Below, piece after piece: positions 7,545 to 14,655 of a stretch of DNA of 32,000 nt; position 1 is the stretch's first letter, and each line of letters begins with the position of its first letter. The position numbers and the translations under genes were made by a program. The DNA lies in contig NZ_JBHSTI010000008.1 in assembly GCF_042660085.1 (NCBI RefSeq), positions 840,001-872,000 on the forward strand. Direction: 5' to 3'. The DNA comes from Longivirga aurantiaca (GTDB lineage Bacteria; Actinomycetota; Actinomycetes; S36-B12; CAIYMF01). The notes under the pieces are model-generated. The model saw nothing but the letters and a program-made list of their open reading frames with translations. It had not been told where the DNA came from and did not search any database.

Positions 7545-9781
7545 CGGTGCACCTCCAGCTCTTCCGGTCCGAGTGCAGGGTCGAGGCAGCCCCGTTCGAT
7601 CGCCACGAGCGACACCACCTTGGTGTGGAAGCGCGCCTCGATCGCCATGTCGGAGTAAGGGTTTCGGAGCGGCTCCGGCGTCGAGCCCTTGGCGTGCCGG
7701 CCGGCGTTCGACCCGAGCGCACGGTAGAGCTCGGCGGTCACTGTGGGCGCGACGCTGAAGAGCTCAAGGTTGGCCAGAGGTGCGAGATCGCGACGGTGGA
7801 TGAGCGCCGTGCCCTTGGCCTGCAGCCCGATTGCGATGCCCGATCCCGAGAGCCGCGCCGCAGTGAGGCCGATGAGGCCGAGGTCGACCGTGTCGTTGAT
7901 GCGCACCACCCGACCGCGGCAGCCCTCCTCCTCGAGCCCCGCGAGCAGCTCCTCGAGGACGTCCTCGACCGAGAGGCCCGACAGCGTCGTCCAGATCCGC
8001 CGCCCCGTTGCTGCCGAGACCCCGATGACGACATCGGTGGGGTCCGACCCCGCTGCAGCCGGCCCGCGCACGGTGAACGCGCCGGTGCTGCCCGTCGCCT
8101 GCTCGCGCAGGAGGTCGTCGACCGACCGCTGCTGACGGACGGTGTTGATCTCGTGCAGGCGGGCGCCGGTCGGCCGATAGCCCGTGCCGGGACCGGCGTA
8201 GTCGTTGGGGTCGGTGACCAGCGAGAGCACGTTCATCTGCTCGTCGAAGATCGCGGCGGTCTGCAGGTAGTCGCCGGCCACGCGCGCGTGCAGCATCGCG
8301 AGCAGCCGCTCGGCCTCCTCGGCGTATCCGCACGCGTCGAGCGCGGTCACGACGTCGATCATCGTGACGCCGGACTGCCGGATGACCCGTGACGCCTCCA
8401 GCGGCACCATGAGGTCCGCGGCGGGGACGTCCTTGCTGCCCGCGGCGTCGACCGCCTGCTCGAGCCAGTCGTCGTCGAGGTCGGCGAGCCCGAGCCACCG
8501 GTACACGTCGCGCACGGCCTCGGCGGCACGACGACGCAGGCGCGCGACCTCCGGCTCGGCCGCGGTCCGCAGGCCGCCGTCGACGGTCCAGTCGCGCTGC
8601 ATGACCAGGTAGTCGTCGATGTCCTCGGAGTTCCACTGGCTCGGGCCGAACATGTTGTCGTAGCGCTGGATCGAGCCGAAGCCGCTGCAGATGAAGTCCG
8701 AGCCGCCGATGAAGATCGGGTGCGTCCGCGACGTACGACGGACCTCGGACTCGCTCATGAGCGCGTCGTTGCCGGTGCACGCCTCGAGGTTGCGCAGCAT
8801 CACCATGAGGTTCTCGGCCATGAGGCTCCGCACGCCGCCGGGGACGGAGCCGGCCACCGAGGCGGAGTCGATGCCGCCGTTCTGCACGCCCTGCGCGCCC
8901 ATCGCGCGGGCGAGCGACACGCAGCGCGCCTCGAGGTAGAACATCGAACAGCCCTCGGCGCCGCCCATGAGCGCCTCGGAGCCGCCGCCCGTGGTCACGC
9001 GCATCTTGATGCCGCGGCTCGCGTACGCCGAGGTGAGGAACGCCTTGGACCACGGGGTGTCGTCGCCGTCGACGAAGATCTGCTCGGTGCCGTAGAGCGA
9101 CACGGTCTCGGCGTACGACACGAGGCCCGCCATGCCGAGCTCGAGCTCGAGCGCCTCCTCGACCGAGCACTGCACGAGGACGCCGGGGGAGCCGACCGCA
9201 GCGCCGATCGACACGGCCACGGCGTTGCTGGGGGCGTCGCCGAGCACGGGCACGGTGGTCTCGATCTCGCGGAAGCCGAACGCTGCCGCGGTGGCTGCGT
9301 CGGCGGCGAGCAGCAGCGGGTCGTCGGAGCGGTTGGTGACGTGGGCCTGGTTGCTCGGCGTGCGCCGCGCGCGCATCTTGGTCATCGCGATGACGAGCTC
9401 GGCGGGCGTCAGCTGGGCGAGCACGCGCGCGAGCTTGGCGGGCGTCGCGCCCGCGGCGAGGCGCACCACCTCGGAGCGCGGCACGGCGACGTCCACCAGC
9501 ATGCGGGCGAGGGCGACGTCGTCGAGCGCCATCACCTCTCCTGCTACGGACACGTCGATGCCGTGCGCGGCGATGAACGCGTCGACGACGTCGAAGTCGG
9601 CCTCGGCCCTGCCGTCGAGCTCGACGACGCGCCCGGACGCGTCGACCGCCAGGTTCGGCACGGGGTCGCCGGGGGAGTCGAAGGCCACGAGCCCGAGCGA
9701 GGGCTCCTCGACCGCGAACCCGTCGAGGTTGACCCGCTGGGCGTCCATGAAGCGGAAGCGCCCGATCGGCTGCTCAGCCAC
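7541..9781 (-). CDS. B12-dependent diol/glycerol dehydratase, fused large (alpha, PduC-like) + medium (beta, PduD-like core) subunits
   Basis: GTG at 9779-9781 follows GGAGGGAG. The alpha part carries MTKMRARRTPSNQAHVTN, REIETTV, SYAETVSLYGTE, DGDDTPWSKAFL, YLEARC, GAQGVQNG, RYDNMFGPS and NDYAGPGTGYR. After a ~33-aa linker (about nt 8036-8134) the beta core carries LEELLAGLEEEGCRGRVVR, RLSGSGIAIGLQAKGTALIH and LANLELF. The upstream part of ORF 7541..9925 is Arg/Ser/Thr-rich junk. Confidence 0.9.
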   Translation of the reverse strand: MAEQPIGRFRFMDAQRVNLDGFAVEEPSLGLVAFDSPGDPVPNLAVDASGRVVELDGRAEADFDVVDAFIAAHGIDVSVAGEVMALDDVALARMLVDVAVPRSEVVRLAAGATPAKLARVLAQLTPAELVIAMTKMRARRTPSNQAHVTNRSDDPLLLAADAATAAAFGFREIETTVPVLGDAPSNAVAVSIGAAVGSPGVLVQCSVEEALELELGMAGLVSYAETVSLYGTEQIFVDGDDTPWSKAFLTSAYASRGIKMRVTTGGGSEALMGGAEGCSMFYLEARCVSLARAMGAQGVQNGGIDSASVAGSVPGGVRSLMAENLMVMLRNLEACTGNDALMSESEVRRTSRTHPIFIGGSDFICSGFGSIQRYDNMFGPSQWNSEDIDDYLVMQRDWTVDGGLRTAAEPEVARLRRRAAEAVRDVYRWLGLADLDDDWLEQAVDAAGSKDVPAADLMVPLEASRVIRQSGVTMIDVVTALDACGYAEEAERLLAMLHARVAGDYLQTAAIFDEQMNVLSLVTDPNDYAGPGTGYRPTGARLHEINTVRQQRSVDDLLREQATGSTGAFTVRGPAAAGSDPTDVVIGVSAATGRRIWTTLSGLSVEDVLEELLAGLEEEGCRGRVVRINDTVDLGLIGLTAARLSGSGIAIGLQAKGTALIHRRDLAPLANLELFSVAPTVTAELYRALGSNAGRHAKGSTPEPLRNPYSDMAIEARFHTKVVSLVAIERGCLDPALGPEELEVHR

Positions 9782-10235
9782 GGTCGTCTCCCTCCGCGTC
9801 GTACGAGGCCTCGAGGTGGTCGAAGACCGCCGCGCCGGCTGCCGCCGCCGCGGCGTCCTGCGCAGCCGTCCCGCCGCTGACGCCGACCCCGCCGACGACG
9901 CGGCCGCACGACCACAGCGGGACACCGCCCGCGAAGGCGATGTAGCGGCCGCCGTCCGCCGAGTTCATGCCGACGAGCTCGCCGCCGTCCGTGACCAGGG
10001 GGCCGAGCTCGGCCGTGGCGATGCGGTGCGCCACCGCCGTGTACGCCTTGTCGCGGGCAAGGGTCGGCCCCGCGATCTCGGCGCCGTCCATGCGCTGGAA
10101 GGCGACCAGGTGCCCGCCGCCGTCGACGACCGCCACCGACACGAGCGCGTCGGCGTCCGCCGCCGCGGCGCGGGCCGCCCCGCACATCGCGAGTGCGAGG
10201 TCGAGGTCGATCTCGGTCCTGGTCGCGCGGGCCAT
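9774..10235 (-). CDS. GlcG/HbpS-like heme-binding protein (DUF336; resembles the PduO C-terminal domain)
   Basis: ATG at 10233-10235 follows CCAGGAGC. VSVAVVDGGGHLVAFQRMDGA, ARDKAYTAVA and GGVPLWSCGRVVGGVGVSGGTAAQD are typical DUF336 blocks. It overlaps the dehydratase start by 8 nt (GTGGCTGA). Confidence 0.75.
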   Translation of the reverse strand: MARATRTEIDLDLALAMCGAARAAAADADALVSVAVVDGGGHLVAFQRMDGAEIAGPTLARDKAYTAVAHRIATAELGPLVTDGGELVGMNSADGGRYIAFAGGVPLWSCGRVVGGVGVSGGTAAQDAAAAAAGAAVFDHLEASYDAEGDDRG

Positions 10236-10262
10236 GCGGGCTCCTGGGGGAGGGGTTGAGGA

Positions 10263-10291
10263 CAGAATGCGCCCCAGAAGGGCGCGTTCTG
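10263..10291 (-). terminator. Hairpin immediately downstream of the amidase stop
   Basis: CAGAATGCGCCC-(c)agaa-GGGCGCGTTCTG forms a 12-bp stem with one T/C mismatch, 4 nt after the stop at 10295-10297. There is no U-tract, as is common in high-GC actinobacteria. Confidence 0.45.
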
Positions 10292-10294
10292 CCC

Positions 10295-11311
10295 TTAGCG
10301 GGAGAACTGGCGCAGGGCGGCGTGGGTGCCGCGCATGGCGACCGCGCCCGCGAGCACGGACTTGGGCACCTTCGCGACCACGGTGTAGTTGGTGTCGACC
10401 ACGTTCGCCACCGGTGTCAGCGCGGTCTGCGACACGAGCTGGTAGGCGTCGAGGATCGACTGGCCCGTGAGCTCGGCGACCCAGAGCACCATCTGCTGGT
10501 GGGCGATGCGGAACGCGTCCTCGAGAGGACGGGCCGAGCCCGTGGTCATGATGAACGTGTCGTTCTCCATCCGCGGCCACGGTGTGGGGATGCCCTTGAC
10601 CAGGTCGAGGATCACGACGGTGTCCATGGCGCACTCGACCGCGACGCCGCAGGTCTCGCCCTCGCCCTGCCGCGCGTGACCGTCGCCCAGGCTGAACAGC
10701 GCGCCCTCGACGTTCACGCCGAGGTAGCAGGTGGTGCCCGCCCGCATCTCGGGGGTGTCCATGTTGCCGCCCCAGTCGCCCGGGGTGAGGGACGAGCGCA
10801 CCTCGCCGAGCGGGGGCGCGACGCCGACCGTGCCGTGCATGGGATCGAGCGGGAGGTCGGCGGTGAACTTCGTGTCGGCCGCGCTGTAGCGGACGAGCCT
10901 GTCCGTGGCGTCGATCTCGTAGATCCAGGTGCGCTCGAGGAGCGCGGGCTGGAGCGTGGCCGTCTGCGGGGTGGAGGTGAGCGATCCGAAGAAGGGGACC
11001 GTGCTGCTGACGCCCCAGGCCTCGCGCGGCTCGATCGAGACGAAGTGGACGGCGAGCGTGTCGCCCGGCTCGGCGCCCTCGACGTAGAAGGGGCCCGTCT
11101 GCGGGTTGAGCAGGCGGGGGTCGCACACCTCGCTCGGGAGGTCCGACGTGGAGCGCACGCGGCCGCCGAAGCAGTCGAAGGTCCAGGTCGACAGCCGGGT
11201 CCGGGGACGGACGGAGGCGACGGGGGCGACGCCGCCGAAGGTGTAGGTCAGGGCGGCGGGGTCGCCGTCGGGGTCGGGAGCCCAGAACAGGTCGGTCAGC
11301 GAGTCGGTCAC
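10295..11311 (-). CDS. Acetamidase/formamidase (FmdA/AmdA) family amidase
   Basis: I prefer the GTG at 11309-11311 after AGGGAGA. NPQTGPFYVEGAEPGDTLAVHFVSIEP resembles the family's TGPI(Y/F)VEGAEPGD block. GNMDTPE and LSLGDGHARQGEGE resemble the metal/active-site region. Confidence 0.75.
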   Translation of the reverse strand: MTDSLTDLFWAPDPDGDPAALTYTFGGVAPVASVRPRTRLSTWTFDCFGGRVRSTSDLPSEVCDPRLLNPQTGPFYVEGAEPGDTLAVHFVSIEPREAWGVSSTVPFFGSLTSTPQTATLQPALLERTWIYEIDATDRLVRYSAADTKFTADLPLDPMHGTVGVAPPLGEVRSSLTPGDWGGNMDTPEMRAGTTCYLGVNVEGALFSLGDGHARQGEGETCGVAVECAMDTVVILDLVKGIPTPWPRMENDTFIMTTGSARPLEDAFRIAHQQMVLWVAELTGQSILDAYQLVSQTALTPVANVVDTNYTVVAKVPKSVLAGAVAMRGTHAALRQFSR

Positions 11312-11352
11312 GGCAGCAGTCTCCCTGCGCAGGCGACGGTTCGGAGGGCGAA

Positions 11353-11394
11353 CGAAGGGGGTGCGCCGCGCATCTGCGCGACGCACCCCCTTCG
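11353..11394 (-). terminator. 13-bp stem hairpin downstream of the permease stop
   Basis: CGAAGGGGGTGCG-16 nt-CGCACCCCCTTCG begins 12 nt after the permease stop (11406-11408). Confidence 0.55.
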
Positions 11395-11405
11395 GTGGTG
11401 CGAGG

Positions 11406-13019
11406 TCAGACGCGCTCGTGCGCCTCCTCGAGGGTGGTCTGGCCGATCTCGTCGTAGATCTCCGGCTTGGCCTTCTTGACCCAGAGGGCGTAGAGGAAGC
11501 CGATCACGAGGATGCCGACGATGTACCACGGCATGAGCTGGAACACGAGGCTGTCCGAGCCCAGACCGGCCGCGAACGCACGGTTGGTCCAGAGCAGGTA
11601 CAGCGCGTAGAGCATGCCCGCCGCGCCGAGGAGCGGTGCGATGAGCGTGGTGATGATGTTGCCCTTGTGCGTCTTCTTGACCCAGAAGTACGAGATCACC
11701 GCGAACGAGGTGATCGTCTGGACCAGCAGGATCATGGCCGTGCCGATCACGGCGATGAGGCCGTAGACGTTGACGTAGGGCACGAGCTCGGGCGTCGCCA
11801 CCGGGTTGCCCTCGGCGTCGGGCACGTACACGTTCGTGAAGAGCAGGAACGCGACGAGGATGACGACGGTGATGCCCGTCTGCAGGTACACCGCGTTGGC
11901 GGGCGACTGGTGCTTGGCGTTGATCTTGCCGAACGAGTTGCGCATCCAGCCCCACGCGCCCTCGCGGGCAAGGGCGTAGATGTAGCGGGACGCGGCGTTG
12001 CCGAAGGCCAGGGCGCAGGCGAACGAGCCGATGACCAGGAGGATCTTGTAGACCGTGGTCATGAAGTCGCCCATGTTGGCGGTGACGAGGCCTAGCCAGA
12101 GGTCGACCGGGTTGGCGCCGGCGGAGATCTCGACCGACTGCGCGGCACCGTTGCCGACCACGACCACCCACGACATGAGCGTGTAGAAGAGGCCGAGGCC
12201 GATGACGGCGATCATCGTGGCCCGCGGCACGTTCTTCTTCGGGTCCTTGGACTCCTCGCCGTACACGGCGGTCGTCCCGTAGCCGATCCACGACCAGAAC
12301 GCGAAGAAGATGCCGATGGCGGCGGCACCCTGTGCCACGGCGGTGCCGAAGGCGCCCTCCTCGAGGGAGTTGAACGCGTTCTGCACGGGCACGATGTCGC
12401 TGAACATGAGGCCGTCGGGGCCGCCCTTGGCGAAGACCGTGACCGCGAGGCCGAGCAGCAGGAGCACCTCGGCGACGAGGGTGACGCTGAGGACGCCGGC
12501 GGCGACGGTGATCGAGAAGTACGTGAGGAGCCCGATCGCGATGGCGCCGATGAGGGCGATCACGATCCAGTTCACGTTGATGCCGGCCGGCACGAGGATG
12601 TAGCTGGTGGCGAAGTACGCGAACCCGCCGATCAGCGAGGCCTCGAAGACGATGTAGGCCACTGCCGCGAGAAGGCCGGACGCCATGCCCCACACCTGGC
12701 CGAGGCCCTGGGAGATGAAGCCGTAGAACGCGCCCGCGGTCGTCACGTACTTCGCCATGGCGACGAAGCCGATGGTGAAGATCGTGAGGACGATCGTGGC
12801 GAAGAGGTAGCCGGCCGAGGCGCCGATGCCGTTGCCGTAACCGATCGCGATGGGCACGTTGAAGCTCATCGCGGTGATCGGCGCGGCGTTGGCCACGGCC
12901 ATGAAGAGGACGCCGACGAGGCCGACGGCGCCCGCCTTGAGGCGGACCTCCTCCTTCGGGCTCACGTGGTGGTCGCCCGGGAGGGCGGTGGGACCGTCAG
13001 GACCGTGTTCGGTCGTCAT
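11406..13019 (-). CDS. APC-superfamily amino acid/amine permease
   Basis: ATG at 13017-13019 follows AAAGGAAC. The 537-aa product has about 12 hydrophobic segments (e.g. AVGLVGVLFMAVANAAPITAMSF, GASAGYLFATIVLTIFTIGFVAMA, FFAFWSWIGYGTTAVYGEE). The 104 codons upstream in ORF 11406..13331 look non-coding. Confidence 0.85.
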   Translation of the reverse strand: MTTEHGPDGPTALPGDHHVSPKEEVRLKAGAVGLVGVLFMAVANAAPITAMSFNVPIAIGYGNGIGASAGYLFATIVLTIFTIGFVAMAKYVTTAGAFYGFISQGLGQVWGMASGLLAAVAYIVFEASLIGGFAYFATSYILVPAGINVNWIVIALIGAIAIGLLTYFSITVAAGVLSVTLVAEVLLLLGLAVTVFAKGGPDGLMFSDIVPVQNAFNSLEEGAFGTAVAQGAAAIGIFFAFWSWIGYGTTAVYGEESKDPKKNVPRATMIAVIGLGLFYTLMSWVVVVGNGAAQSVEISAGANPVDLWLGLVTANMGDFMTTVYKILLVIGSFACALAFGNAASRYIYALAREGAWGWMRNSFGKINAKHQSPANAVYLQTGITVVILVAFLLFTNVYVPDAEGNPVATPELVPYVNVYGLIAVIGTAMILLVQTITSFAVISYFWVKKTHKGNIITTLIAPLLGAAGMLYALYLLWTNRAFAAGLGSDSLVFQLMPWYIVGILVIGFLYALWVKKAKPEIYDEIGQTTLEEAHERV

Positions 13020-13329
13020 GCGCGGGTGTTCCTTTCGCTGGAGGCGCTGGGGGCGTGCCGCCGTCCGTCGGCCCGCTCCGTGATCGGGCTCACACGTTGT
13101 GGCGGAGTATTCACTGGACCTTTGGACCGAATCAAGCATTTTGGCGAACCGTTTACGCAGCCGAAACGGTCCCCCGTTCGGTCCAGCGTGGGGCGGGGGT
13201 CGACGAAATGTCCGCGTACGGCACGGTCGCCCCGCACGGCCCCGCAGGATGTGCCGCACATACGGTCTTGTTTTGGTCTGGTCATTCGGTATGCTCCGGT
13301 CATCGGTGCGAACGCGACCGGAGGTTCCC
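13020..13329. promoter_or_regulatory. Divergent control region between the permease (-) and the BMC operon (+), with candidate promoters and GGTC/GACC-rich repeat motifs
   Basis: Plus side: TTGTTT (13268-13273), 16 nt, TATGCT (13290-13295), SD GGAGG (13320-13324). Minus side: TTGATT (complement of 13130-13135), 18 nt, AATACT (complement of 13106-13111). Both spacers hold TGGTC/TGGACC repeats (13274-13284; 13115-13128). The centre is locally lower in GC. Confidence 0.4.
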
Positions 13330-14655
13330 ATGACCGACCAGATCCGGGTCGAGGACGGCGAGACGCCGCTCGACTACGGCTTCTTCTCGTTCGCGTCCAA
13401 GACCGAAATGCTCGAGAAGAGCAAGGAGTTCTGGAACCCGGACAAGACCACGTTCTGGTCCGAGTCGGGCGTCCCCCTGGTCATCGACCGGCGCGAGGAC
13501 TACTTCATCTACGACGTCACCGGCAAGCGCCTCATCGACGTGCACCTCAACGGCGGCACGTACAACCTCGGGCACCGCAACCCCGAGATGGTGCAGGCCA
13601 TCACCGTGGCGATGCAGCACTTCGACATCGGCAACCACCACTTCCCGTCGCTCGCGCGCACGGCGCTGGCCGAGGCCCTCATCGCCACCGCGCCGAGGAA
13701 CCTGTCGAAGGTCGTCTACGCGTCCGGCGGCGGCGAGGCGATCGACATCGCGATCAAGACCGCGCGGCACGCCACGCAGAAGCGCAGGATCCTCTCGATC
13801 GTGAAGGCCTACCACGGCCACACCGGCCTCGCCGTCGGCACGGGCGACGACCGCTTCTCCAAGCTCTTCCTCTCGGACCAGCCCGAGGACTTCCCGCACG
13901 TCCCGTTCAACGACCTCCAGGCCATGGAGGACGTGCTCAAGGGGCGAGACATCGCCGCGGTGATCATGGAGACGATCCCGGCGACGTACGGCTTCCCGCT
14001 GCCGGACCCGGGCTATCTCGAGGCCGTCAAGCGCCTGTGCGAGAAGTACGACGCGCTCTACATCGCCGACGAGGTGCAGACCGGGCTCATGCGCACCGGC
14101 GAGCTCTGGGGCATCACCAAGCACGGCATCGAGCCGGACATCCTCGTGACGGGCAAGGGCATCTCGGGCGGCATGTACCCGATCGCGGCCGTGCTCGTGA
14201 GCGAGCGGGCGGCCGGCTGGCTCGACGAGGACGGCTTCGGCCACATCTCGACCTTCGGCGGCGCCGAGCTCGGCTGCATCGCCGCGCTCAAGGCGCTCGA
14301 GATCTGCAACCGCCCCGAGACGCGGTCGATGGTCCACTACATCTCGGACTTCATCGGGCGCGGCCTGCGCGACATCCAGGCGACCTACCCCGACTGGTTC
14401 GTCGGCATCCGCCAGAACGGCGTGGTGATGGGCCTGGAGTTCGCGCACCCGCAGGGGGCCAAGGCGGTCATGAAGAGGCTCTACGAGAACGGCGTGTGGG
14501 CGATCTTCTCCACGCTCGACCCCCGGGTGCTGCAGTACAAGCCCGGGATCCTGCTCAAGCCCGAGGTGGCCGAGGAGCTGCTCGACCGCACCGAGGTGGG
14601 CATCGCCAGGGCCCGCGAGGACGTGCTCGGCGCGGGCAGGAAGGCGTGGCGCTGA
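13330..14655 (+). CDS. Class-III aminotransferase-fold PLP enzyme; in this context probably an amino-alcohol O-phosphate phospho-lyase
   Basis: ATG at 13330 follows GGAGG. SGGGEAIDIAIK, YHGHTG, LYIADEVQTGLMRTGELWG and DILVTGKGISGG (PLP lysine) are class-III blocks. The phospho-lyase role is inferred from RMM/AAUM-type loci, not from sequence. Confidence 0.85.
   Translation: MTDQIRVEDGETPLDYGFFSFASKTEMLEKSKEFWNPDKTTFWSESGVPLVIDRREDYFIYDVTGKRLIDVHLNGGTYNLGHRNPEMVQAITVAMQHFDIGNHHFPSLARTALAEALIATAPRNLSKVVYASGGGEAIDIAIKTARHATQKRRILSIVKAYHGHTGLAVGTGDDRFSKLFLSDQPEDFPHVPFNDLQAMEDVLKGRDIAAVIMETIPATYGFPLPDPGYLEAVKRLCEKYDALYIADEVQTGLMRTGELWGITKHGIEPDILVTGKGISGGMYPIAAVLVSERAAGWLDEDGFGHISTFGGAELGCIAALKALEICNRPETRSMVHYISDFIGRGLRDIQATYPDWFVGIRQNGVVMGLEFAHPQGAKAVMKRLYENGVWAIFSTLDPRVLQYKPGILLKPEVAEELLDRTEVGIARAREDVLGAGRKAWR

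Noticed and set aside
13020-13329. Cobalamin riboswitch in the leader regions, given the B12-dependent dehydratase nearby
   Set aside because: I could not find a B12-box-like core or the extended conserved structure. The dehydratase operon is also not directly downstream of this region.
12966-14654. N-terminal 563 codons of the 1085-aa plus-strand ORF (12966..16223)
   Set aside because: This part overlaps the aminotransferase-fold gene in another frame and reads as Arg/Pro/Gly junk. Only the part from the ATG at 14655 has aldehyde dehydrogenase similarity.
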